From the IMG/VR virus record IMGVR_UViG_3300010201_000003, positions 1 to 41,572 of that record: 41,572 nt of DNA, one strand, 5' to 3'. A model generated the notes under the pieces. It was not told the origin of the DNA, searched no databases, and worked only from the letters and a program-made list of their open reading frames with translations. Positions 1 through 8,959 of the stretch are shown here, piece by piece (the stretch's first letter is position 1; the number at the start of each line of letters is the position of its first letter). The translations under genes and the position numbers were made by a program. This DNA is from a virus (taxonomy: Duplodnaviria; Caudoviricetes).

Positions 1-254
1 AAGAGATCACCGACTGCCTCGAACGGGGCGAGACGGTGAAGCTGTCGTCGTTCGGGTCGTTCCTGGTCCGGCAGAAGGGGCAACGCATCGGGCGCAACCC
101 GAAGACCGGCACCGAAGTGCCGATCTCGCCGCGCCGGGTGATGGTGTTCAAGCCATCGGCGATCCTGAAGCAGCGTATCAACGCCAATGGTGCCGTGCCG
201 GCAACCGACGACGAGTCTGAAGAAAACGCAGCCGCAACCGCATCCGGCAGCTGA
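1..254 (+). CDS. ihfA: Integration host factor alpha subunit (5'-truncated by window edge)
   Basis: Frame open from the window start: [44 protein letters not shown], the IHF-alpha signature. Followed by a MerR gene, the usual alphaproteobacterial ihfA-merR-tRNA-Pro synteny. Confidence 0.95.
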   Translation, partial: EITDCLERGETVKLSSFGSFLVRQKGQRIGRNPKTGTEVPISPRRVMVFKPSAILKQRINANGAVPATDDESEENAAATASGS

Positions 255-268
255 CGGGGAGCTGGCCT

Positions 269-988
269 TTGGACAAGGCACCCGACGCATTCCGCACCAT
301 CAGCGAGGTCGCAGCCGAGCTCGACATTCCGCAGCACGTGCTGCGGTTCTGGGAAACACGGTTCACCCAGATCAAGCCGATGAAGCGGTCAGGCGGGCGG
401 CGCTACTACCGGCCCGACGACGTCGATCTGCTCAAGGGCATCCGCCGTCTGCTGTACGGCGAGGGCTACACCATCCGCGGTGTGCAGCGGATCCTGAAAG
501 AGCACGGCATCAAATCGGTACAGCGGCTGGCCGACGCCGAGGTCCACGCCAGTTTCGGCGCGGTCGAGGCGGCGATCACCAGGACCGTGGCCGAGGAAGA
601 AGAGTTTGAGCCCGTCCCCGGCGGTATCGACGCCGATGACGACGACTACGATGGCGAGGACGAAGGGCTCGACCTGCACGCCACGATGGCCGAACCGGAT
701 CGGCGCGCAGCACCCGCGCCGCGACGCCACGTCGAGGCCGAGTCGCGCCACGCACCGCGGTTCGACGATCACGAGGACGAGGACCACGACGACGATTTCG
801 CCGTCGAGCCGGCTGCCGTCATGGCGGCTCCCGGCCGCGCGCCGCGGTTCGATCTGCCGCCGCTGGAGTTCCCCGCCGCCAAGGCGCCTCCGGCTCCGCC
901 ACCAGTCGATCTTGGTCCGCTTCGCGCCGCACTGACCGACCTGATCGCCTGCCGCGAACTGCTCGACGCCGCAATTAAGGACGGCTGA
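269..988 (+). CDS. MerR-family transcriptional regulator
   Basis: N-terminal [36 protein letters not shown] MerR HTH; acidic low-complexity C-terminus. Confidence 0.92.
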   Translation: MDKAPDAFRTISEVAAELDIPQHVLRFWETRFTQIKPMKRSGGRRYYRPDDVDLLKGIRRLLYGEGYTIRGVQRILKEHGIKSVQRLADAEVHASFGAVEAAITRTVAEEEEFEPVPGGIDADDDDYDGEDEGLDLHATMAEPDRRAAPAPRRHVEAESRHAPRFDDHEDEDHDDDFAVEPAAVMAAPGRAPRFDLPPLEFPAAKAPPAPPPVDLGPLRAALTDLIACRELLDAAIKDG

Positions 989-1322
989 GGGCAGGTGACG
1001 GTCTTGAGCACTAACTTCAAGAGTCGGGTCTAAGGTTCGGCAGAGCTTCAGTTTCGTCACGGCCGCGCTTGTCCCGCCATCCACCGTTGAGCTTGTCTGC
1101 GAAGGCTTGAGCGCAGTTGACTACGGTTGCTTGGGGAAGCGCTCGGCCATTCCGGTGTGTCGATTGTGGGAGGACGGAAACGGCCGGCGTTGGCTTAGGT
1201 CGCGGGCGGACCGGATCGCCATATCCGGCCCCGCATTCTTCGGCAAACACGCCCCCGAATTGATCCTCCGCAGCTTGCGCGAACGCGCGATCGCCGCTAC
1301 AGCATCAGGGCCGAAACGGCAT

Positions 1323-1400
1323 CGGAGCGTGGCGCAGCCCGGTTAGCGCACTAGTCTGGGAGACTAGGGGTCGAAGGTTCAAATCCTTTCGCTCCGACCA
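1323..1400 (+). tRNA. tRNA-Pro (anticodon GGG), prophage integration site
   Basis: CGGAGCG/CGCTCCG acceptor stem, anticodon arm CTAGT-CTGGGAG-ACTAG, T-loop GGTTCAAATCC, encoded CCA end. Confidence 0.97.
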
Positions 1401-1403
1401 TTT
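1354..1403 (+). repeat. attL core (50 bp, 3' part of tRNA-Pro)
   Basis: GTCTGGGAGACTAGGGGTCGAAGGTTCAAATCCTTTCGCTCCGACCATTT is identical to 40037-40086. Confidence 0.96.
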
Positions 1404-1663
1404 TTCTAAAGACAGATCAGCGGATTAGGGCGGGCGCCAATTTGGCTCCTATCCGCCATTTGCCAAATCTTTGCCAGTTCTGTTCGCTGATTGTGCGCCT
1501 TGGCTCTCGTCTGTACCGTCGAATTGCAGCGTAACGCCGTCCATTCTGGCGCAAAGCTCGATTGCTTCGACGATGGTCATAGTGCCGCGCGGGCGCGTAG
1601 CGTGCACGAAACGGCGGCGCATCAGCTCCTAGTCATGGGCGAGTTCTTCGGCAAGCGGGCGGC

Positions 1664-2719
1664 TCATGGTTTCTGCTCCTGCCGGTCCCGGTAGTCCTCA
1701 AGCTTCGCGATGGCGTTCGCCGCGAGTACGCCGCGGCGCGCCAGATAGGAATCAATGATCCGCTGGGCCTTGTCGACGGTCCAGGTCAGCGCCTCGGCGA
1801 TCTCGGGCGCCGTGGCGCCTGCCTCGGCCAGCAGCGTTGCTGCCGTGCCCCGGTTGTCGTGGAAATTCAGATCGCCGGCGCCGATCGCGTCGGCATCCTC
1901 GCGGAAGTGCTCGTTGAAATACCGACGGGTGTAGGCTTTGCCGCTGGGCGTGAGCAGCACCAGGGCGCCGGTCCGCTTTAGGCCGTCCAGGTGCGCGCGC
2001 AGCTCACGGGTGGCCGGTATCCAAAGCCATTTGCCCGTCTTGTGTGACCGGATCTGCACGCGCTGGCCGTCGTAGCGGGTCCAGGCGAATCCGCGAATGT
2101 CGATCGCGCGCATGGCCGTGTTCCGAACCAGAATCATCGCAGTTTGCATCGCCGGCCGGGCGGTGCTGATGAACTTCTGCTGCAGCTCGGGCGGCCATAC
2201 CTTGTCGGCCCGCTCGCTCTTGTACAGCCGCTCGAAAGTCGGGATCGGGTGGAATTTGATGCGCCGCTTTTCCTTCGCGAAGCTGAGAACGCGGCACAGC
2301 GCCGACATGAGGTTATCAGCCGATCGGCGCGAGGTCTTGCCGATCTCCTGGTGCCACGCGAGCGCGTCGGCGGCGAACGCGTCGGCGTCGTCCTGATTGT
2401 TGAAGGTGTCTTCGGGGACGGTGCCCCACTTCTTTTCGATCCGCGCGAACTTCCAGACGTATTGCTTCCGGTGCTCGGCACTCAATGAGGCGAACGTCTC
2501 GGACGTGTCGAAAAACCTAATCAGGTCAGTTAGCGTTTTGCCGCCGCGACGCCGTTTCTTCTTTTCGGCCTCTGCGTAGCTCTCGACCAACCGGCTTTCG
2601 TCCAGCGGCTCGCCGGTGGCTCGGTGGTACAAATACACGCGGACCGAACCATCAGCGAGCTTCATTGCAACCCGCTTGATGCCTTTGAGCTTAAGCGGCT
2701 TGCGTTTTATTCGCGGCAT
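1664..2719 (-). CDS. int: Tyrosine recombinase (phage integrase)
   Basis: Catalytic set: TAMRAIDI (R), SHKTG (K), FHDNRGT (HxxR), LTW, DSYL (Y); adjacent to attL. Confidence 0.93.
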   Translation of the reverse strand: MPRIKRKPLKLKGIKRVAMKLADGSVRVYLYHRATGEPLDESRLVESYAEAEKKKRRRGGKTLTDLIRFFDTSETFASLSAEHRKQYVWKFARIEKKWGTVPEDTFNNQDDADAFAADALAWHQEIGKTSRRSADNLMSALCRVLSFAKEKRRIKFHPIPTFERLYKSERADKVWPPELQQKFISTARPAMQTAMILVRNTAMRAIDIRGFAWTRYDGQRVQIRSHKTGKWLWIPATRELRAHLDGLKRTGALVLLTPSGKAYTRRYFNEHFREDADAIGAGDLNFHDNRGTAATLLAEAGATAPEIAEALTWTVDKAQRIIDSYLARRGVLAANAIAKLEDYRDRQEQKP

Positions 2720-2936
2720 TCTCAGCCTTCCATCGCTGATAGGGCGATAGCTCGCCCGATCCTGTCACAAGGCCCGACGCGCGGTCTAGGGCTTGGTCGA
2801 TCGCCTTGCGGTCCCATCGGTTCGTGCCTGGGATGGCATCAGGGACGATGCCCTTTTTGCGCCACTGGTCGAAAGCAGCCAGCGTTTCGCAGCCGCAGTA
2901 GGCGGCGGCTTCCTCTTTGGTCATGCCTCGTTTCAT
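2691..2936 (-). CDS. Putative excisionase (MerR/Xis-like HTH)
   Basis: MKRGMTKEEAAAYCG..AFDQWRKKGIVP..RWDRKAID, directly upstream of int; ATG at 2936 overlaps the upstream stop (ATGA). Confidence 0.75.
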   Translation of the reverse strand: MKRGMTKEEAAAYCGCETLAAFDQWRKKGIVPDAIPGTNRWDRKAIDQALDRASGLVTGSGELSPYQRWKAENAANKTQAA

Positions 2937-3103
2937 TCGACGCCTCCGCACATCGGGCAGGGCAGATCGTCGTCGTAGATCTCCCGCAAGTGGAAATGCT
3001 CGTGCTCAAGCAATCTGAGAAGTTCGCGGGCGGCGTCGTCCGGAGAAGTCTTTGAGCGATCGAACTTCCGCAGGAAGTCTGCTATCTTGTCCTCCGGACG
3101 CAT
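2933..3103 (-). CDS. Hypothetical phage protein (56 aa, C-terminal CPMC)
   Basis: TGATG/ATGA coupling to both neighbours. Confidence 0.6.
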   Translation of the reverse strand: MRPEDKIADFLRKFDRSKTSPDDAARELLRLLEHEHFHLREIYDDDLPCPMCGGVE

Positions 3104-3501
3104 CAAAACCCCTTCCATTTACTGATTTCTGCCGTTGCCCTGCGCTGCGGGGCGGCCGGCTCGAAGCCGCGGCTTTTGATCTTCTGGCGCGGCTTGCTGA
3201 GCCCAAGATGCGCCTTGCGCTTCCGGTACACGCGCGATTTCTCGGCGACGTCCTGGCGGGTCTTTTCCTTGTGCGGCTTGCCGCGCAGGATCGGCGCCAT
3301 ATTGCTTTCGCGGTTCTCGCCGCCGTTGATCAGCGCAATGACGTGATCGACGTCCCAGGCATCGCCGGGCCGTATCAGGATGCCTGACCAATGGCACCGG
3401 CCGCCGTGCTTCGTGAAGATCCTGACGCGGACGTGGGGCGGTGGCCGGCTGTCTGGCGTCTTGCCGATCCACTCTGGTACGCTGCGGGCGGTGTCGCTCA
3501 T
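3103..3501 (-). CDS. HNH endonuclease
   Basis: GGRCHWSG..WDVDHVIALINGGENRESNM..PHKEKT; start MSDTARSVPEW at 3501 (ATGA overlap). Confidence 0.88.
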   Translation of the reverse strand: MSDTARSVPEWIGKTPDSRPPPHVRVRIFTKHGGRCHWSGILIRPGDAWDVDHVIALINGGENRESNMAPILRGKPHKEKTRQDVAEKSRVYRKRKAHLGLSKPRQKIKSRGFEPAAPQRRATAEISKWKGF

Positions 3502-3749
3502 TGCGGTGCGGCCTCGTCCAGCATGATTTCGAGGGGCAGGCGAGGGAAGCGCTTCGATCCCTTCGGGGGCATGAACTGCGCCAGATACTTTCGCTGCTCC
3601 TCGCACCAAACCCGGTACGCGAATCCGGATCGTCGCGCGAACGGGTAGTTGTCGCGCAGCAGCTTCACGCGCTCGCAGAACGGCGCGTCCTTCGGTAGAT
3701 CGGCGGTCAGCTCCGCGATGATGCCCTTTGCGGTGTCGCGCCATGTCAT
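3498..3749 (-). CDS. Hypothetical phage protein
   Basis: MTWRDTAKG..LRDNYPFARRSGFAYRVWCEE; ATGA-coupled on both sides. Confidence 0.7.
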   Translation of the reverse strand: MTWRDTAKGIIAELTADLPKDAPFCERVKLLRDNYPFARRSGFAYRVWCEEQRKYLAQFMPPKGSKRFPRLPLEIMLDEAAPQ

Positions 3750-4165
3750 GCCGCGTTCTCCTTCTTCGCTCGCGGTTCGCTCCACTCCACAGGGGGCGTT
3801 TGCTCGGCGCCCCAGGCGAGCATGAACTCGATGAGGTCGGACATTTCCCGAACGCCGAGATCGCTGCTCGACTGCCCGTAGGGGATGAAGCCGGCGCCAT
3901 TCAGCGCCGGAATGAACTCGTGCTCATGTCCGAGCGCGCGCAGAAAGATCACCTTCCACTGGTCAGTGGTCCACTTGCGGCCCTCAAGCGTCTTCTGCCG
4001 GGCGATATCGGTTAGCATCGCCCATAGCCGGCTGTTCTGATCGAGGGTGCGCTGAGGCTCCTTGAACTCGACGCGCGTTCCTGCTGGCACGCGCATGATC
4101 CAGTCGATAGCCTTCTGGCGGACGGCGCGGGAGTTGAGCACTAACAGGGCGCGGTTCGTCATCAC
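3746..4165 (-). CDS. ninB: NinB-family recombination protein
   Basis: RTLDQNSRLWAMLTDIARQ..WKVIFL..SSSDLGVREMSDLIEFMLAWGAE matches the NinB/YbcN pattern. Confidence 0.88.
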   Translation of the reverse strand: MMTNRALLVLNSRAVRQKAIDWIMRVPAGTRVEFKEPQRTLDQNSRLWAMLTDIARQKTLEGRKWTTDQWKVIFLRALGHEHEFIPALNGAGFIPYGQSSSDLGVREMSDLIEFMLAWGAEQTPPVEWSEPRAKKENAA

Positions 4166-4764
4166 CCGATCTCCCTGAGCGCGATTTCGCGTGCGTTGTT
4201 GAGCTGCGCCATTTGCTCGGACGTGCCGCCCTTGTCAGGATGCCGTTCGCGGGCGAGGTCGCGGTATCGGTTCTCGATCGTCGCGCGGCTGATATTGGCC
4301 GGTGGGACGTTCGCGAGGTCGAGGACGTCCCGCCAGTGCTGGCCGGCCGGCGCCGGAAGCGCCTGAAACCCGGTGAACGTGGCTCGGACCAGCGCCAGCG
4401 TGCCATGGCGCAATTCGGTGCGCCTGGCCTCGATGATGTGGTGGATAGCCTGCAGGTTGGCGGCCGGGCTGTCGTAGCGATCGACCGGAATGCAGACTTG
4501 CAAGCCGTCCCAGGAGAACCACACGGCCACGCCAGGATCGCCCGGGCGCTTGCCCGTGTTGGCGGTCAGCGGGTTCATGTCGATGTTGCTGGACAACACC
4601 GGCTGCTCGATCTTCTTGCCGCTGTCCTTCGCGAACGCCTCAAGGCTCTTGCGGACGTTGCTAAGCGCGGTGTCGAAGTTCGTGCGGAATGCGCCACCGG
4701 CGCGGCCCGACTTCCATCGGGGAAAGCCTGCCGGCCAGTGCAACGGGTAAGCTGTAATGCTCAT
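4162..4764 (-). CDS. Phage protein with C-terminal DnaJ (J) domain
   Basis: AYPLHWPAGFPR N-terminus; C-terminal WRDVL..YRDLARERHPDKGG..MAQLNNARE (HPD motif). Confidence 0.85.
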   Translation of the reverse strand: MSITAYPLHWPAGFPRWKSGRAGGAFRTNFDTALSNVRKSLEAFAKDSGKKIEQPVLSSNIDMNPLTANTGKRPGDPGVAVWFSWDGLQVCIPVDRYDSPAANLQAIHHIIEARRTELRHGTLALVRATFTGFQALPAPAGQHWRDVLDLANVPPANISRATIENRYRDLARERHPDKGGTSEQMAQLNNAREIALREIG

Positions 4765-5378
4765 GCCGCCAGCGCCTCGCCGCGCCGCTGGATCTCGGCC
4801 ACGATCGCGTCGAGTTCGGCGTTGAAGCGATCGACTTCGGTCGCGAGGCTCTGGATATACTTTTCATCGCGGTAGGCCCGCTTCTTGAACAGAGGGATGC
4901 CGCGGTAATAGACGGCGGCGTCCCACCATTCGCGTTCGGTGATCCAGAGCGTTCCTTGCACCTGGGCGATGTGCTCGCGCGGAAACTCGTCTTTCAGCAT
5001 CAACTCAATGAGCAGGTGCGGCAGCTTGGTCTTGATCTCAAGCCCGCCGTCGTCGCCGATCAGGCTGTCGGGCGAACAGCCGACGCGGCCATTTCGGATG
5101 AAGCCGACGCGGCGCAGATCGGCACCGGTCTGGAACTGGTACAGATCGCGGGCCTCGGGCTCCATCGCGTGGCCGCGCTCGGTGTGCTCATTGCCGCTCC
5201 AGCTTTGATCAGGCTCGCCGGTGATGATCTCTCCAGCGATTTTCAGCATGTAGCTGCGGCGGGTCTTGCCTTCGCCCTTTGCGAGGATCTGAGAGAAGCA
5301 AGAGGCCGTCGGGATGCCCATGCGGGCGCGGTGCCACTCGGTGGAGTTCTGCTCAACGTCGAAGATCTCGATTGCCAT
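4761..5378 (-). CDS. YqaJ/lambda-exonuclease family 5'-3' exonuclease
   Basis: EQNSTEWHRARMGIPTAS, ERGHAMEPEAR, GCSPDSL, LEIK, QVQGTLW motifs. Confidence 0.92.
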   Translation of the reverse strand: MAIEIFDVEQNSTEWHRARMGIPTASCFSQILAKGEGKTRRSYMLKIAGEIITGEPDQSWSGNEHTERGHAMEPEARDLYQFQTGADLRRVGFIRNGRVGCSPDSLIGDDGGLEIKTKLPHLLIELMLKDEFPREHIAQVQGTLWITEREWWDAAVYYRGIPLFKKRAYRDEKYIQSLATEVDRFNAELDAIVAEIQRRGEALAA

Positions 5379-5387
5379 TGTCGAGCC

Positions 5388-6401
5388 TCAGTAGGTGATA
5401 GACAGGTGGGGGATGCGGCCGGCGGTGATGGCGTCAATCAGGCGGTCGGCTACTTCCGGCGCGACCAGTTCCGCGGCGAGGAACTGCCTGATCTCAGCGT
5501 GCACCTTGTCGCGCCGGCGCTTGTTGTCGGCGCGCTTTCGCTCCGCGGCCTCGCGCTCGGCGGTCTCGGCGGCGACGCGGGCGCGCTCCCGCTCGACGGC
5601 CAGTGCGGCGGCTTCCTCGGCCTGCTGCTTTGCCTTGGCCTCCTGCTCGGCCTTCCAGGCGGCGAGCTGCTCCGCGCGCTCGCGCTCCTGTTGCTCGGCA
5701 TGGGCCTTGCGTTCGGCCTCTGCCTGCTCCTGGGCGACCCGCAGGCGCTCGGCGGCGTCTGCGGCGTCGCGCTCGGCCTTCTCGCGCCGCAGGGCTTCCA
5801 GCTCGGCGCGTTCGGCCTCTGCCTGCTCTGCGGCGGCTAGAGCCGCTTCCAGTTTGGAAAGGGCTTCGCTCGCTGCGGCTTCGGCGCGTTCATGGAATTC
5901 CTGCCAGTCGCGCCGGCAAAGCTTCCGGACGTGCTCGATCGCAGCGCCGATGTCGGCCGGCGTGCGGTAGATGCCTCGCCCTTCGCCGCGCCCGGCCTCC
6001 ACGATGGCAACCAGCGCATTTTCGTGGCCGCTGATGCGGTTCGCCTCGGCTGCCTCCCAATCGTCCACCGGGCGGCTGATCTCGGCCTTGAGAGCGTCCA
6101 GGCGGTCGCGAACGGTCTTTCGCTCGGCGTCGATCGCCGCCGACTGTTTCTTGATCTCGGCGACGTGTTCCTTGCCGATGTCGTCAAGGATGGTCTTGGA
6201 ACGGGCAACCTTGTAGGCGACCGATCTGACGTGCTTACGCCCGGCCTCGGTGGTGGCGTCGAACGCCTCGGCGCGAACCTGTGCCTCAATCGCATCAACG
6301 ATCTGCGCGATGTTTCCGGTACCGAACAGGTCGGCGGCGGTCAGCGCAGGCGTCCCCGCCGGCGGCTCAAGGATGCGATCGAGAGTGACGATTGCGTTCA
6401 T
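5388..6401 (-). CDS. Coiled-coil phage protein of the recombination operon
   Basis: DATTEAGRKHVRSVAYKVARSKT N-domain, long A/E/R-rich coiled coil, C-terminal IPHLSITY; start MNAIV at 6401. Confidence 0.8.
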   Translation of the reverse strand: MNAIVTLDRILEPPAGTPALTAADLFGTGNIAQIVDAIEAQVRAEAFDATTEAGRKHVRSVAYKVARSKTILDDIGKEHVAEIKKQSAAIDAERKTVRDRLDALKAEISRPVDDWEAAEANRISGHENALVAIVEAGRGEGRGIYRTPADIGAAIEHVRKLCRRDWQEFHERAEAAASEALSKLEAALAAAEQAEAERAELEALRREKAERDAADAAERLRVAQEQAEAERKAHAEQQERERAEQLAAWKAEQEAKAKQQAEEAAALAVERERARVAAETAEREAAERKRADNKRRRDKVHAEIRQFLAAELVAPEVADRLIDAITAGRIPHLSITY

Positions 6402-6405
6402 GCGG

Positions 6406-7194
6406 TCAGCCCTTCTTGAACTTTGCAATGATCATGGCGGCGGCGGCGTAGTCCGTCGCCGGGATGTCCTCGATCCGCTTCCGCTTCACGGCGGCGAGAA
6501 ACGCGATTTCGCTGGCGCCCTTCGCCTTGATCTCGCTGCGCAGGAAATCGGCTTGATCGGGAGTGATTGAGCCGGCCGGCGGGACGTATGCCGGCTCTGC
6601 CGGGGCTCCGCCGCGGCCGTCGTCATCGTCCTTGCGCGACGCGAGGCCAAGCGACGCCATGAGCGTGATCCGCTCCAAGTACGAGGTAGTAGATTTGACC
6701 CCTTGAATGGGGGTCTTGCCGTCGGACGTGTCGGCGTCGGCCGATAGGCTGTTCTCCTCGCAATGACCGTCACGGTGCGAGATGATGCAAGTAACGGTTA
6801 CCGGCTCGCCCGGCCTGCCGGCGAGCTTCCAGCGGTGCGAAAGCCCGTGCTTAGCGAGGATTGGCACAACGGTATCAACGACCTGGGCCAAATCCTCATG
6901 CCAATAGCTCGTCTGCCTTCCGGCCTTGTTGTCGTAGCTGGCGAGCTTGTTCTTTTCGATGATCGGGAGATCAGCTTTCGCGTCAGCAAGAGCGTTGCCG
7001 AACGCTTTGCGGGCGGCGAATGCCTCCATCTCCTTCATCAGCGCGACGGCTTCGCGGTACATCTCGACGTTGCCGGTCGCGAGCGCTGCCGCAACGATGT
7101 CCATCGGCGAGTGTACGGCGGGCGCAGCAGGCGGGGCCGCGGCGGCGCGTCGGGTCACGCGCAACGGCCTGACGATTTCGGTTTGGGCGTTCAT
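6406..7194 (-). CDS. erf: ERF-family ssDNA-annealing protein
   Basis: HEDLAQVVDTVVPILAKHGLS, VTCIISHRDGH, IQGVKSTTSYLERITL..GL..DDDDG; sits next to the exonuclease. Confidence 0.85.
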   Translation of the reverse strand: MNAQTEIVRPLRVTRRAAAAPPAAPAVHSPMDIVAAALATGNVEMYREAVALMKEMEAFAARKAFGNALADAKADLPIIEKNKLASYDNKAGRQTSYWHEDLAQVVDTVVPILAKHGLSHRWKLAGRPGEPVTVTCIISHRDGHCEENSLSADADTSDGKTPIQGVKSTTSYLERITLMASLGLASRKDDDDGRGGAPAEPAYVPPAGSITPDQADFLRSEIKAKGASEIAFLAAVKRKRIEDIPATDYAAAAMIIAKFKKG

Positions 7195-7445
7195 CAGTTG
7201 GCGTCCTCCTGGTGGGTCTGATTCTCGCGTTCGATGGCGCGATCGAGTTGGTGAAGTGCCAGCGCCACGCGGGCTCGCGCTTCGGCGAGGGTGGCGGCCG
7301 AACCTGGGAACACGGTCGGCATCGTCAGCGCGGCGGCGAGGCCGTCGCAGTCGTGAGCGATCCAGTCGGCGTACAATTCGGCGCGGGTGGCTCGGGCATT
7401 CTCGCTCGCGAGGGCGCGGGATAGCTGCGGATCGACGGCGTTCAT
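7194..7445 (-). CDS. Hypothetical phage protein
   Basis: MNAVDPQLSRALASEN...; ATGA/TGATG coupling. Confidence 0.6.
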   Translation of the reverse strand: MNAVDPQLSRALASENARATRAELYADWIAHDCDGLAAALTMPTVFPGSAATLAEARARVALALHQLDRAIERENQTHQEDAN

Positions 7446-7744
7446 TTGCGGCGGGCCTTCTTCTCGGTTGCGGGAATGCGGATCAGCTCTCCGCGGAGGA
7501 TCGGATAGTCGCCACCCCACGTGGCGGCGCGGCTCCTGGCGCTCTCGATGCGGTCCGTTCGCTTGATGCGCGCGACGATCTCTCGCGCGCTCTGGCCCCG
7601 CTCGAACGCGCGCAGGTAGTGCCCAACGATCCAGTTGAACCGGCTGGAGGCCAGGGCGACGCGCGCCGATCGCGGCAGACGGTCGAAATAGTCCATCATC
7701 CGCGCCTCGTAGCGGCGCACCGAAAGAGCGTTGCCGTTGCTCAT
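7442..7744 (-). CDS. Hypothetical phage protein
   Basis: MMDYFDRLPRSARVALA; ATGA-coupled on both sides. Confidence 0.7.
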   Translation of the reverse strand: MSNGNALSVRRYEARMMDYFDRLPRSARVALASSRFNWIVGHYLRAFERGQSAREIVARIKRTDRIESARSRAATWGGDYPILRGELIRIPATEKKARRK

Positions 7745-8070
7745 GCTCCGGCCGCCATCGTGCTAACGACGGATGCGCGGTGGCATTCGAAGCAACGCGC
7801 CTCGGCGAAGCTGCGCGCGTTCTCCGGTACGGGTCCAGGCCCGACATACGCGCCATTGGTCGAGCGAATGCCAATTGTTCCGGTCCCGTTGCAGTGCTCG
7901 CAATGGGATGCCTTCGATCGCTTCGGCGCCGGATCTTCCCCGCCGAGGGCTTCGATCTGATCCAATGCGTCGTTGATAGCCCGGCAGTAATCAGCCTCTG
8001 CCTCGGTGCTCGGCACGCCGCCGAGCGCGTTGATCGCTTCCCACGCAAGGTCGAGAGGAGTGATAGGCAT
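7741..8070 (-). CDS. Hypothetical protein with two CxxC motifs (possible Zn-binding)
   Basis: CEHC...CFEC; RBS AAGGA upstream. Confidence 0.65.
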   Translation of the reverse strand: MPITPLDLAWEAINALGGVPSTEAEADYCRAINDALDQIEALGGEDPAPKRSKASHCEHCNGTGTIGIRSTNGAYVGPGPVPENARSFAEARCFECHRASVVSTMAAGA

Positions 8071-8075
8071 GACGG

Positions 8076-8291
8076 TCAGTCCTTCATGGTGGTGGTGATG
8101 GTGGAAATCAGACCATCGAAATCGGCCATGATGAGCTGGCTTGCGTTTCGGTGGGCGGTGTCGGGATCAACGCCGCGGCGCCGCTCGTCCCCGTAGTAAT
8201 TGGCGAACGCCTTCGCGCGCATCATCGCAGGATCGGCCGCCGGCCTCGTGCGCCCGTGCGGCTTCTTGAAGGGGATGACGTTGCTTTTCAC
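8076..8291 (-). CDS. Hypothetical phage protein
   Basis: GTG start (MKSNVIPFKK) overlapping the TGA of the upstream small ORF. Confidence 0.6.
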   Translation of the reverse strand: MKSNVIPFKKPHGRTRPAADPAMMRAKAFANYYGDERRRGVDPDTAHRNASQLIMADFDGLISTITTTMKD

Positions 8292-8404
8292 CACGACGTC
8301 ACCCCGAACAGTCCTGCGATTGCGGGGATGGCGAGCCAAAGCCAGAGCGCAACACCGGAGATGGTGAGGGCGATTAGTCCAGCTCGTTTCAAGGCGGATT
8401 TCAT
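8288..8404 (-). CDS. Small single-pass membrane protein (38 aa; below ORF-track cutoff)
   Basis: MKSALKRAGLIALTISGVALWLWLAIPAIAGLFGVTSW*; AGGA RBS; GTGA coupling to the next gene. Confidence 0.65.
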   Translation of the reverse strand: MKSALKRAGLIALTISGVALWLWLAIPAIAGLFGVTSW

Positions 8405-8419
8405 AGCTGTTAGTTCCTG

Positions 8420-8716
8420 TCAGGCGGCGAGGGGGAGGGCGACGCTTTCCGGCTGGTACCAGTGCCAGCCGCGCTCGCGGATGAGGTTTCGGGTGATGCG
8501 GACGCGGTCCCATGCCCAGCGGATCGCCTCCGCGAAGAACTGCGAATAGGGGACAGCGAGTTGATCGCGGGGGTCTTGCCGAGCCGACCACTCGGCATAT
8601 TCAGCAGCCCGGCGCCGCGCCTTCTGGTGCGCCGCTCGCATCACGTTGCGCAGCGAAACCGATCCATCAGAGAGGATCAGGAAGTCAGCCGGATTGGTGA
8701 ACTGGTCAGTGGGCAT
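8420..8716 (-). CDS. Hypothetical protein, first gene of the leftward early operon
   Basis: MPTDQFTNPADF.. with GGGG RBS, just downstream of the PL-like promoter. Confidence 0.7.
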   Translation of the reverse strand: MPTDQFTNPADFLILSDGSVSLRNVMRAAHQKARRRAAEYAEWSARQDPRDQLAVPYSQFFAEAIRWAWDRVRITRNLIRERGWHWYQPESVALPLAA

Positions 8717-8740
8717 CGGTTTCCCCTGGGTTATGGGGAA

Positions 8741-8781
8741 ACAATAACGTAGGTTATCACACTGTCAATAAGGAAGGTTAT
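8741..8781 (-). promoter_or_regulatory. PL/OL: leftward promoter with two repressor operators
   Basis: Minus-strand TTGACA (8768-8763), 16 nt, TATTGT (8746-8741). Operators ATAAC-GTAG-GTTAT (8744-8757) and ATAAG-GAAG-GTTAT (8768-8781); half-site ATAAC at 8798. Confidence 0.8.
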
Positions 8782-8846
8782 CGTTCCGGGCGCGGCAATA
8801 ACCGCGGCGCGCGGGCCACGGCAGCTAAGTCAATGCGATATCGGAG

Positions 8847-8945
8847 TTAATGTCCGAAGCGGACAGGGCCGAAAATTTCGAAGAATGCGACGACGAGCGC
8901 GATTAGCGCCATGCAGAGCAGGGTCATCCGGCCGCGTGACATCAT
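8847..8945 (-). CDS. Small hydrophobic peptide downstream of cI (32 aa)
   Basis: MMSRGRMTLLCMALIALVVAFFEIFGPVRFGH*; GAGG immediately after the cI stop. Confidence 0.45.
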   Translation of the reverse strand: MMSRGRMTLLCMALIALVVAFFEIFGPVRFGH

Positions 8946-8959
8946 CGCCGCGGGGCCTC

